From an uncultured delta proteobacterium (lineage in GTDB: Bacteria > Myxococcota > Myxococcia > Myxococcales > Anaeromyxobacteraceae), in NCBI GenBank assembly GCA_963828255.1, contig CAWHDZ010000011.1:1-64000 (forward strand): 64,000 bases of DNA. The letters are read 5' to 3'. This document shows positions 1-8,406 of this stretch, piece after piece. Made by a program: the position numbers and the translations under genes. The notes beneath the pieces were generated by a model. It made no database searches and was not told the DNA's origin. It saw nothing but the letters and a program-made list of their open reading frames with translations. Numbering within the stretch: position 1 is the stretch's first letter; each line of letters opens with the position of its first letter.

Positions 1-2
1 GC

Positions 3-2313
3 CTAACGCCCTCCGCCGTGCCCTCCTCCTCCGCCGCGAGACGGGGCAGGGGCCCGGCCGGGTGGGGCCGCCCGTGACGGAGGAGGGCCTGCCCGGGACG
101 GAGGGGCGGCGCTCCGCTGCCTGGCGGCCGCGTCCCGCCCCAGCCCGGCGGGCGCGCTCGGGTAGGAGGGGCGGGTGGCCGGACGCGCCGACTGCTGCGG
201 AGCCGGGCGGGTCATCGGCTGCTGCGCCTGCGACGGGCGCGAGCGTCGGCTGCTGCTTCCACCCCTGCGAGGTGTTGCGGTCCCACGAGCCGCCGTCGTT
301 CTTCCGGTACACGTTGCCCTTCCTGTCGGCGTAGACGTTGTTGGGCCGGTTGGCGGGACGGGGCGCGGGCCGGGTCGACACCGGCGCGACCCGGTCCACG
401 TTGCGGGCCCTGTTCTCGGGACGGGCGTAGATGTTGTTGCTCCATCCGCCGCCCTGCCCGGAGGGTCGAGGAGGGGGAGGGCGGGCTCCACCCCCGACGG
501 GCGGACGGCCGCCGGGAGGCGGGGGGCGATACCCGTGTCCCGGGTACGGAGGACGGTACCCGGGAGGCGGCCGGTACCAACCCCCCGGGTAAGGGGGCGG
601 AAACGGGCGGTAGCCCGGTGGGCCCCACCATCCCGGGCCGTAGGACGGACCGAAGCGCATGCCCGAGTAGAAGAAGGGGGAACCGTAGCCGTACCCGAAG
701 CCGAAGCCGACCCAGGGGTTGAAGACCACGTTGAAGCCGTAGGTCACGGGGCGCGGGTAGTACACGCTGGGTCCGATGTACGGCGGATAGGAGAAGCCCG
801 TGCCGTACACCACGGTGCCGTAATACGGGTACATCCCGGTGTAGCCCGGCAGGTAGCCGACGTACACCGTCTCCGGGGTGGACTGGTACACGTACACGTA
901 CCGCGTGTTGTAGACCGGCGCGCTGGGCGGGACCTGGTCGATGTCGGGCGGGCGCTTGTCACTGACGGTCCAGGGGCCCCGGGGAGTCGGCGCCACGTAC
1001 CAGACCGCCTGCTCGCAGGCCCAGTACATCCCCGCGTCCCGGATGACCGAGGTGGGTGTGTTCACGGCGAAGGCCAGCGGGGTGCCCTCGATCGACTTGA
1101 AGCGAGGTTCGCCGTCGTAGGTCACCTGGAACTGCTGGTCACGCCTCACCGCGGTGGTCTGGGGGATCTGGCTGTCGGCCAGCGCGTCGTTGGCCTCCTC
1201 GGTGCCGGACACGAAGGTTCGGACCTGGCCCACCGGGGAGTCGGGGGGGAGGTTCGAGAACCCGCCGGGAAGCTGGTCGGGCCGGACGAAGGTCCAGGGC
1301 CCGGAGAGCGACTTCGACCGGAACCAGCGCCCGGAGGCCAGCACGTAGGTCTCGCCGGTGGGAACGTGGACCAGCACGTCGCGCTGGGTGTTCTCGGCGT
1401 AGAGCAGGTCGGCGTCGTCGCCGACCGGGACGTACCGGGGCGGTCCGTCGAAGACGAAGAGCTCGGTCGGCTCCGTGGCGACGAGCACCGCCGGCGGGGC
1501 AGTGGGCTCCTCGATCTCCCGCTCGGCGTCCTTCAGGGCCGTGTCGTCGCCGGCCCTGTCGGCGGGGGGCGGATGGGCGTCGAAGAACTGCTTCACCGCG
1601 GGTGACGGTGCGGCGACGGGGGCGAAGGGGCCGGTGGCGGCCTGCGCCTCGTACCAGAACGTGCCGCCGGAGAGGTACCAGCGGCGTGTCGCCGGGTCCT
1701 CCACCACGAACATGGGGGTGTTGACCACGCGCCGGAGGGAGGAGCCCGGGATGGGCTGCTCGACGGGCTTGCCGGCGTAGAGGAGCAGCACCGCCGGAAC
1801 GTTGGAGAAGCGCATCTTCGGCGGAGTGGACCGGAGCCCCTCCGAGGAGCGCTTCTCGGCCTGGGAGACCGCCAGGCTGGCCTGGATGGCGTCGAGCCCC
1901 ACCGTGAGATCCCACCTCGGTACCTCGGCCTCCAGGATGGTGGCCAGCTGCCGCTCCTCCTCCCTGGTGATGTTCGGGAAGCGGACCCTGTCCACCCGGA
2001 TGGTCTCCACCGTGGCGGTCCGGGCGTCGCGGTCGATCGAGGAGGTGGTGGTGAACCAGAGGACGCCGAAGACCGGGGCGCCTCCCTTCTCCGACCAGGA
2101 GACGGCGCTGCGCCCGGCCATGGTCACGCCCTCGAACTTCTCGACCTGGGGCTGGAAGATCTCCAGGACCCCGGCGCCGATCTGGAGGGTGCGGGGCCAG
2201 TCTCCCGGGAAGCCCTCCTCCTGGCTCGCGTCGGGTGGCGGCGGCGGAGGCGCCTGGGCGAAGGCCTGGATCGCGGAGGCGAGGAGGAGTGCTGCCAGTG
2301 CGGCCTTGCGCAT
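3..2313 (-). CDS. Large secreted protein of the type usually annotated 'carbohydrate-binding family V/XII'; apparent frameshift near 243 in the low-complexity C-terminal tail
   Basis: ATG at 2313 gives the signal peptide MRKAALAALLLASAIQAFAQ, then WPRTLQ..IFQPQVEKF, TPPKMRFSN and NNVYADRKGNVYR, all in one frame. It is missing from the ORF track because that frame has no stop before the window edge. The natural-looking tail (..RDAAARQRS..GGGGGHGGGR*) is in another frame ending at TAG 3-5. Confidence 0.75.
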   Translation of the reverse strand, partial: MRKAALAALLLASAIQAFAQAPPPPPPDASQEEGFPGDWPRTLQIGAGVLEIFQPQVEKFEGVTMAGRSAVSWSEKGGAPVFGVLWFTTTSSIDRDARTATVETIRVDRVRFPNITREEERQLATILEAEVPRWDLTVGLDAIQASLAVSQAEKRSSEGLRSTPPKMRFSNVPAVLLLYAGKPVEQPIPGSSLRRVVNTPMFVVEDPATRRWYLSGGTFWYEAQAATGPFAPVAAPSPAVKQFFDAHPPPADRAGDDTALKDAEREIEEPTAPPAVLVATEPTELFVFDGPPRYVPVGDDADLLYAENTQRDVLVHVPTGETYVLASGRWFRSKSLSGPWTFVRPDQLPGGFSNLPPDSPVGQVRTFVSGTEEANDALADSQIPQTTAVRRDQQFQVTYDGEPRFKSIEGTPLAFAVNTPTSVIRDAGMYWACEQAVWYVAPTPRGPWTVSDKRPPDIDQVPPSAPVYNTRYVYVYQSTPETVYVGYLPGYTGMYPYYGTVVYGTGFSYPPYIGPSVYYPRPVTYGFNVVFNPWVGFGFGYGYGSPFFYSGMRFGPSYGPGWWGPPGYRPFPPPYPGGWYRPPPGYRPPYPGHGYRPPPPGGRPPVGGGARPPPPRPSGQGGGWSNNIYARPENRARNVDRVAPVSTRPAPRPANRPNNVYADRKGNVYRKNDGGSWDRNTSQGWKQQPTLAPVAGAAADDPPGSAAVGASGHPPLLPERARRAGAGRGRQAAERRPSVPGRPSSVTGGPTRPGPCPVSRRRRRARRRAL

Positions 2314-2364
2314 CGGGAAAGTGTATCGCCGGGGAAGTGGGCCGACGATTGCCATTCGGACGCG

Positions 2365-2961
2365 TCAGCCGCCCCGTTTCTTCTTGGCCTTCCTGGGGGG
2401 TGCGGGAGCAGGCTCGCCGGCGACCCGGAACGGCGCGACCAGGGGCTCGAAGGTGCGCCCGTCATCCGATATCACCAGCCGGTTCTCCAGACCCTCGAGC
2501 CGGAGGACGTGGCGGCTTCCGGGAGGGAGCGGCTCGAGCGGGACCAGGGTGAACCGGGAGGTCGTCCCGACCTCGGCGTCGGCGCTCGACGGAACCATGG
2601 CGTCGCGTGCGTCGAGGAGCACCAGGCGCGCGCCGCGGGCGGCGAAGGGAAGGCGGACCTCGAAGGTGGAGCCGGGGTCCACCAGGGGCGGCGCGGAGCC
2701 GGCGCCCTGGAGCGGCATCGCCGTGACGCCGAAGCGTGCCTCGACCGCGGTGACGGGAAGGCCCTGGGGCGGGAGCGGAATGGCCGGCTCGGCCGGCGCG
2801 GCTGGACCGCTGCCTGCGGCGGGTGCGCTGGGTGCGGCGGCGGGGGGCGTCGCCGTGCTGGTCTGTGGGCTCGGCCTCGTGCAGCCGGAAATCAGGAGCC
2901 CAAGCAGGCCAGCCAGAGTCCGATAATGTATATTATGTAAACTGAGACCGGGGACGGTCAT
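2365..2961 (-). CDS. Lipoprotein with Pro/Ala linker and Ig-like beta-sandwich domain
   Basis: Lipobox LISG-C after a hydrophobic stretch. ATG at 2961 overlaps the merR-type stop as ATGA. High GC3 codon use after the N-terminus. Confidence 0.7.
   Translation of the reverse strand: MTVPGLSLHNIHYRTLAGLLGLLISGCTRPSPQTSTATPPAAAPSAPAAGSGPAAPAEPAIPLPPQGLPVTAVEARFGVTAMPLQGAGSAPPLVDPGSTFEVRLPFAARGARLVLLDARDAMVPSSADAEVGTTSRFTLVPLEPLPPGSRHVLRLEGLENRLVISDDGRTFEPLVAPFRVAGEPAPAPPRKAKKKRGG
2916..2943 (+). other. dif: dif site (XerCD chromosome dimer resolution)
   Basis: GAGTCCGATAA-TGTATA-TTATGTAAACT in 11-6-11 layout. The 16-nt core ATAATGTATATTATGT is identical to E. coli dif. Strongly AT-rich island in a GC-rich genome. 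Confidence 0.93.
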
Positions 2962-3503
2962 GCGTGCGAACGGCTCGCCTCTTCGACGTCCCGCGGGGGC
3001 TGGTTGGCCGCCCCCGACGAGCGCGCGAGGTGCACTCCCCCGCACTCACCGGTTCGGGCCAGGACCCGGACGATGCGCGGTGAGCCGTCGCGGGAAGCCA
3101 CCGTGCACGGGCACGGGACGGTGGAAGGATCGGAGACCTCCTCCGCCACCGACGAGAGCGCCTGCCGCATCTCCGCCTCGAGCCGGCGGAGCCGCTCGAT
3201 GCGGTTGCGGGCCTGGGCCACATGGGCTGGAAGCCGGTCGCGGAGCAGCTTCCGGAACTCGACGGCGTTGCGGCACCCTGCCCGCATCGCCAGCATGGCC
3301 CGGATATCGGGGATGGACAGGCCGAGCTCGCGGAAGTCGAGGATGAGCTGGAGCTGCTCGAGCGTCGCCCGGTCGTACCGGCGGTGGCCACCCTCGCTCA
3401 CGGCGATGGGGTGCAGGAGCCCCTGCTCCTCGTAGAAACGCACCGTGCGGACGGTCTCTCCCGTCGCCCGGGCCAGGTCTCCAGAGGTGAACACGCGCTC
3501 CAT
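2958..3503 (-). CDS. MerR family transcriptional regulator with C-terminal cysteines
   Basis: MERVFTSGDLARATGETVRTVRFYEEQGLL..GGHRRY..FRELGLSIPDIR HTH signature. Cys residues in AGCRN, PCPC and GECG. Confidence 0.9.
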   Translation of the reverse strand: MERVFTSGDLARATGETVRTVRFYEEQGLLHPIAVSEGGHRRYDRATLEQLQLILDFRELGLSIPDIRAMLAMRAGCRNAVEFRKLLRDRLPAHVAQARNRIERLRRLEAEMRQALSSVAEEVSDPSTVPCPCTVASRDGSPRIVRVLARTGECGGVHLARSSGAANQPPRDVEEASRSHA

Positions 3504-3567
3504 GCAGGATTTGCTAATGGCGCGGTGGTCTGGATGCAACGATCGTTGACGCCCGCTGGCGTCGCGG

Positions 3568-4713
3568 TCAGCCCTGGGAGAGCAGGTGCCGGGCGATGAC
3601 CATCCGCTGGATCTCGCTGGTTCCCTCGTAGATGGTCTGGACCCGGGCGTCCCGGAAGAGCCGCTCCACCGGGAACTCGCCGATGTACCCATACCCTCCG
3701 TGAATCTGAACGGCCCTGGACACGGCCACCTGCGCCGCCTCGCTGGCGAAGAGCTTGGCCATGGCCGCCTCCTGGCCGAAGGGCTGGCCGGCCTCCTTGA
3801 GCGCGGCGGCGCGCAGGGCCATGAGCCGGGAGGCGTCGTGGGCCGTGCGCATGTCGGCGATGGCGAAGGCCACCGCCTGGAACGCCGCGATGGGCTGCCC
3901 GAAGGCCTTCCGCTCCCGGGCGTAGCGGGCCGAGGCGTCGAGCGCGGCACGGATGGTCCCGGTGGCCTGGGAGGCGATGCCGATGCGCCCCCCGTCGAGC
4001 GCCGCCAGCGCCACCCGGAGGCCGTGGCCGACCTGCCCCAGCACCGCCGACGCCGGGATCGCGCAGTCCTCGAAGGTGAGCGAGACGGTGCTCGAGGAGC
4101 GGATGCCCATCTTCTCCTCGAGGCGCCCCACCACGAGGCCCGGCGTCCCGCCCTCGACGAGGAAGGCGGTGATGCCGCGGTTCCCGGCCCCCACGTCGGT
4201 GCGGGCCCAGACGATGATCACCCCGGCCCGATCGCCGCTGGTGATCCACTGCTTCGTTCCGTTCAGGACGAAGCGGTCTCCCCGGAGGTCGGCCCGGGTG
4301 GTCATCGAGTTGGGGTCGCTGCCGGCCTGTGGCTCGGAGAGGCCGAACGACCCGGCCAGCCACTCCCCGGAGGCGAGGAGCGGCAGGCAGCGGCCCTTCT
4401 GGTCGTCGGTGCCGAACCGGGCGATGGTCTCGCCCACCATGTTGGTGACCGCCATGGTCACGGCGAGCGAGCAGTCGGCCCGCGCCACCTCCATCACGGC
4501 CATGGCGTAGGCCACCGCTCCCGCCTCCGAGCCCCCGAAGGCGGAGGGGACGTTCACCGCGAGGAGGCCCAGCTGGCCGAGCTCGCGCACCAGCCCCTCC
4601 GGGAAGCGTCCGGTGCGGTCTGCCGCGGCGGCGGCGGGCTCGGCGCGCTCGGTGGCGAACGTGCGGGCCGCAGCCGCGACGGCCTGCTGGACCTCGGTCC
4701 CGTCGAAGTCCAA
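3568..4713 (-). CDS. Acyl-CoA dehydrogenase
   Basis: FGLSEPQAGSD, LNGTKQWIT, GGRIGIASQA and QIHGGYGY..IYEGTSEIQR motifs. Confidence 0.95.
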   Translation of the reverse strand: MDFDGTEVQQAVAAAARTFATERAEPAAAAADRTGRFPEGLVRELGQLGLLAVNVPSAFGGSEAGAVAYAMAVMEVARADCSLAVTMAVTNMVGETIARFGTDDQKGRCLPLLASGEWLAGSFGLSEPQAGSDPNSMTTRADLRGDRFVLNGTKQWITSGDRAGVIIVWARTDVGAGNRGITAFLVEGGTPGLVVGRLEEKMGIRSSSTVSLTFEDCAIPASAVLGQVGHGLRVALAALDGGRIGIASQATGTIRAALDASARYARERKAFGQPIAAFQAVAFAIADMRTAHDASRLMALRAAALKEAGQPFGQEAAMAKLFASEAAQVAVSRAVQIHGGYGYIGEFPVERLFRDARVQTIYEGTSEIQRMVIARHLLSQG

Positions 4714-4717
4714 CGGG

Positions 4718-5860
4718 CTAGCCCCTGAGGACGCTCGAGGCGATCACCAGCCGCTGGATCTCGCTCGTCCCCTCGTAGATCGCGGTGATGCGGCTGTCGC
4801 GCCAGTGGCGCTCCACGTCGTACTCCTTCACGTAGCCGTACCCGCCGTGAACCTGGATGGCCTTGGAGGTGACCCGCTCGCACATCTCCGACGCGTAGAG
4901 CTTGGCCATGGCGCTCTCCGCGCTGTGGCGCACACCCCGGTCCTTGAGCCAGGCGGCCCGCCACACCAGCAGCCGGGCGGCGTCGATCTCGGTGGCCATG
5001 TCGGCCAGCATGAACTGGATGGCCTGGAACTGGGTGATGGGCTGGCCGAAGGCCTTGCGCTCCCTGGCGTAGGCCACCGCCTCCTCGTAGGCCGCCTGGG
5101 CGATTCCCAGCGCCTGGGCGGCGATGCCGATCCGGCCGCCGTCGAGGGTCTGCATGGCCACCTTGAACCCCTCCCCCTCCCCGCCCAGCCGGAAGCGCTC
5201 GGGCAGGACCACGTCCTCGAAGAAGAGGGTGCAGGAGCCCGAGGCCCGGATGCCCACCTTCTCGTCCGGCTTGCCGCGGGTGAAGCCCTTCACCGATCCG
5301 GGAACCAGGAAGGCGCTCACCCCCTTGGACCCCTTCGAGCGGTCGGTCACCGCGAAGACCAGGACCACGTCCGCCTGCGGTCCGTTGGTGATGAAGTTCT
5401 TGGTGCCGTTCAGGACGTACTCGTTTCCCTTCTTCTCGGCGACGGTGCGCATCTCGGCCGCGTCGGATCCGCTGGTGGGCTCGGTGAGGGCGAAGGCTCC
5501 CAGCCGCTCCCCGCGGGCGAAGGGGATCAGGAAGTCGAGCTTCTGGTCGGGGGTGCCGAACTTGTAGACCGGATCGCAGTAGAGGGAGTTGTTGACGCTC
5601 AGGATCACGCCGGTGCCGGCGCAGCCGCGCGAGATCTCCTCCATGGCCACCGCGTAGCTGACGTTGTCCATGCCGGCGCCGCCCAGCTCGGTGGGGATGG
5701 CGACCCCGAGGAGCCCCATGTCGGCGAGCTTCCTCACCGCGTCGGCCGGGAACTGGTGGGCCACGTCCCAGCGCCGGGCGTTGGGGCGGAGCTCGGAGTC
5801 GGCGAACTGCCTGCAGAGCTCCCGGACCTGGCGCTGCTCGTCGTTGAGCTGGGTGTCCAT
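4718..5860 (-). CDS. Acyl-CoA dehydrogenase (short-chain/butyryl-CoA type)
   Basis: FALTEPTSGSD, LNGTKNFITNG and QVHGGYGY..IYEGTSEIQR motifs. Confidence 0.95.
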   Translation of the reverse strand: MDTQLNDEQRQVRELCRQFADSELRPNARRWDVAHQFPADAVRKLADMGLLGVAIPTELGGAGMDNVSYAVAMEEISRGCAGTGVILSVNNSLYCDPVYKFGTPDQKLDFLIPFARGERLGAFALTEPTSGSDAAEMRTVAEKKGNEYVLNGTKNFITNGPQADVVLVFAVTDRSKGSKGVSAFLVPGSVKGFTRGKPDEKVGIRASGSCTLFFEDVVLPERFRLGGEGEGFKVAMQTLDGGRIGIAAQALGIAQAAYEEAVAYARERKAFGQPITQFQAIQFMLADMATEIDAARLLVWRAAWLKDRGVRHSAESAMAKLYASEMCERVTSKAIQVHGGYGYVKEYDVERHWRDSRITAIYEGTSEIQRLVIASSVLRG

Positions 5861-5876
5861 CGATCTCCCCTCCCGG

Positions 5877-6662
5877 TCAGGCGCCCTGGAACCGGGCGGG
5901 GCGCTTCTCGACGAATGCCTGCAACCCTTCCTTCCCGTCGGCCGTCCCGAAGAGCATGCCGAAGGCGACCGCCTCCATCTCCTGCCCGGCGGCGAGCTGC
6001 GGCTGGGCCGTGGCCCGGAGGATGCGCCTGGCGGCCGCGATGGCCCCCGGCCCCCTGGACCCGATCTTGCGGGCCTGGGACAGCGCGTACTCCAGGAGCT
6101 TCTCCGGAGGCAGCACCTCGAGGGCGAGCCCCCAGGCCCTGGCGGTTGCCGCGTCGGCCATGTCGCCGGTGAGGATCATCTCCATGGCGCGGGCCGGACC
6201 GACCCGGCGCTGCAGCCGCTGGGTGCCTCCGAAGGCGGGGATGATCCCCAGGTTGACCTCGGGCTGGCCGAAGCGGGCCTTCTCGCTCGCGTAGACGAGA
6301 TCGCAGGCCATGGCCAGCTCGCACCCGCCGCCCAGCGCGAAGCCGTTCACGGCGGCGATGGTGGGGATGGAGAGCGCCTCCAGCCGCTCGAAGGTCCGCT
6401 GCCCGGCCTCGGCGAAGCGCCGGGCCTCGAGCGGGGTCAGCTTCGCCATCTCGGCGATGTCGGCGCCGGCCACGAAGGCCTTCTCGCCACCGCCGGTGAG
6501 GATGAGGGCCCGGAGCGTCCGATCGGCCTCCACCTCGGAGAGCATCTCGCCGAGCTCCCGCACGGTCCTGGTGTCGAGGGCGTTGAGCGCCTTGGGCCGG
6601 TTCATCGTGGCGATGCCGACCCCGTCCTCGATCCGCCACAGGATGTTCTCGAGCTGCATCAC
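5877..6662 (-). CDS. crt: Enoyl-CoA hydratase (crotonase)
   Basis: NRPKALNAL, AFVAGADI, GFALGGGCELA, FGQPEVNLG. Confidence 0.92.
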   Translation of the reverse strand: MMQLENILWRIEDGVGIATMNRPKALNALDTRTVRELGEMLSEVEADRTLRALILTGGGEKAFVAGADIAEMAKLTPLEARRFAEAGQRTFERLEALSIPTIAAVNGFALGGGCELAMACDLVYASEKARFGQPEVNLGIIPAFGGTQRLQRRVGPARAMEMILTGDMADAATARAWGLALEVLPPEKLLEYALSQARKIGSRGPGAIAAARRILRATAQPQLAAGQEMEAVAFGMLFGTADGKEGLQAFVEKRPARFQGA

Positions 6663-6687
6663 GTTCTCCCTCCGCCCCGTGGGCGGC

Positions 6688-7542
6688 TCAGGCGTACTTG
6701 TGGAATCCGCGACCCGACTTCCGGCCGAGCCAGCCCGCCGCCACGTACTGCCGCAGGAGGGCGGCCGGGCGGTACTTGTCCTCGCCGAGTTCCCGGTGAA
6801 GGACGTCGGCGATGAAGAGGCAGGTGTCGAGGCCGATGAAGTCGGCCAGGGTGAGCGGCCCCATGGGGTGGTTCAGGCCCAACTTCACACCGGTGTCGAT
6901 GTCCTCCGGCGTGGCCAGCCCCTCCTGGAGGGCGAAGCAGGCCTCGTTGATGAGCGGGATGAGGACGCGGTTCACGATGAACCCGGGGACGTCCTTCGAG
7001 GTCACGGTGGTCTTGCCGAAGGTCTTCGTGGCCAGGTCCACCACGGTGGTCCAGGTCCCGTCGCTGGTCTGCAGGCCGCGGATGATCTCGATGAGCTGCA
7101 TCACAGGCGGCGGGTTCATGAAGTGCATGCCGATGAACTGGCCGGGACGCTTCGTCGCGGCGGCCAGCTGGGTGATGGAGATGGAGCTGGTGTTGGAGGC
7201 CAGGATGGCGTGGGGCGGGAGCAGCGCGTCGAGCCTCCGGAGGAGCTCCACCTTGGGCTCCACCCTCTCGACGATGGCCTCGATGGCCAGGTCGGATCCG
7301 GCTGCGGCGTCCACCGCGTCGGCCGGGTGGATCCGGTCGAGGATCCCCTGTCGCGCCTCGGCGGTGATCTTCCCCTTCTCGACGAGCTTCTGGAGGGATG
7401 CGCCCAGCTTGCCGTGGGCTTTCACCGCCAGTCCGGGGACGGCGTCGAGGAGCGTGACGGTGAGGCCGGATTGCGCCGCAACCTGGGCGATGCCGCTGCC
7501 CATCTGCCCTGCGCCGACGACTGCGATGCGCTGGATCGCCAT
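6688..7542 (-). CDS. hbd: 3-hydroxybutyryl-CoA dehydrogenase
   Basis: VVGAGQMGSGIA Rossmann fold, ASNTSSISI, GMHFMNP, HPMGPL. Start at MAIQRI after a GGAG RBS. Confidence 0.93.
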   Translation of the reverse strand: MAIQRIAVVGAGQMGSGIAQVAAQSGLTVTLLDAVPGLAVKAHGKLGASLQKLVEKGKITAEARQGILDRIHPADAVDAAAGSDLAIEAIVERVEPKVELLRRLDALLPPHAILASNTSSISITQLAAATKRPGQFIGMHFMNPPPVMQLIEIIRGLQTSDGTWTTVVDLATKTFGKTTVTSKDVPGFIVNRVLIPLINEACFALQEGLATPEDIDTGVKLGLNHPMGPLTLADFIGLDTCLFIADVLHRELGEDKYRPAALLRQYVAAGWLGRKSGRGFHKYA

Positions 7543-7595
7543 GGACACTCCTGGAAAGAGGGACGGTCCGTGATACGGAGAATCCGGCCGACTTG

Positions 7596-7958
7596 TCAAT
7601 CGGCGCGTGGAGCCCGATCGCCGATGGCGAGGACGATGGGACCGCCTTCCGAGATCACGATGGGGAGCACGCTCCTCCGGACCGGGCCGCTCGCGCCCGT
7701 GACCCTCACCTCGACATGGTAGGAGCCGTCCGGGAGCTTCACCTCCTGGACGACCTGGCGCGGGGCGCCGCCGGGGAACCGGAACGCGGTCCGGCGCAGG
7801 GCGCCCTCCCCGCCGCGCACCTCGACCTCGAGGGCCCGGACGTCGGCCGCCTCGCCGAGGTCGTACACGAGCGTCACGCTCCTGGGCGCGGCGCGGAGGA
7901 AGAAGAGTCCGATCGCCGCGAAGCCCAGCAGCAGGAGGAGGCGCAGTGCGCCCTTCAC
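7596..7958 (-). CDS. Small exported or membrane-anchored hypothetical protein
   Basis: GTG start overlaps the upstream stop (GTGA). N-terminal hydrophobic helix LRLLLLLGFAAIGLFFL followed by a beta-rich domain. Confidence 0.65.
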   Translation of the reverse strand: MKGALRLLLLLGFAAIGLFFLRAAPRSVTLVYDLGEAADVRALEVEVRGGEGALRRTAFRFPGGAPRQVVQEVKLPDGSYHVEVRVTGASGPVRRSVLPIVISEGGPIVLAIGDRAPRAD

Positions 7959-8389
7959 TCCCCGGCGTCCCCTTCGCCGGCGGGCCTGGCCCGGCGCTTC
8001 ACCTTCACCTTCACGGGAGGGGTGGGCTCGCCGTCGGAGGCCTTGAGCCGCATCTCGGCGTGGATCTCCACGGTCATGTTCTCCACCGACTTGAGGATCT
8101 CCTTGCGGAAGGTCTCCGAGTCGAGGAGACGGCGCAGTTCCTGGCCGAGGACCCGGAGGACCTCGTCCTTGGCGCCGGAGGCCTGCGAGACCAGGTAGGT
8201 GGCCAGGTCCTTGGGGAGCTTCCACTCCCGGGCCACCTTGCGCGCCCCTTCCTCGGTGAGGAAGAGCGCCCCCACCCCGGTGAGCACGGCCTTGCGAACC
8301 ACGTCGGCCACGAAGCCGACGGTTCCGGGTCCTTCTCCGGTCGGGTCGGGCTGGGAGGCGGGGTCGTCGGGGATGTCCGGGTCGGCCAT
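7955..8389 (-). CDS. Hypothetical protein with a phasin (PhaI/PhaF)-like amphipathic N-terminus
   Basis: VVRKAVLTGVGALFLTEEGARKV motif, good codon bias, operonic position. Confidence 0.6.
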   Translation of the reverse strand: MADPDIPDDPASQPDPTGEGPGTVGFVADVVRKAVLTGVGALFLTEEGARKVAREWKLPKDLATYLVSQASGAKDEVLRVLGQELRRLLDSETFRKEILKSVENMTVEIHAEMRLKASDGEPTPPVKVKVKRRARPAGEGDAGE

Positions 8390-8406
8390 GGGGGAAGCCT
8401 ACCCCA

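Noticed and set aside
175..2926. Plus-strand ORFs 175-1605 and 1802-2926
   Set aside because: They are antisense to the real minus-strand secreted protein and lipoprotein genes.
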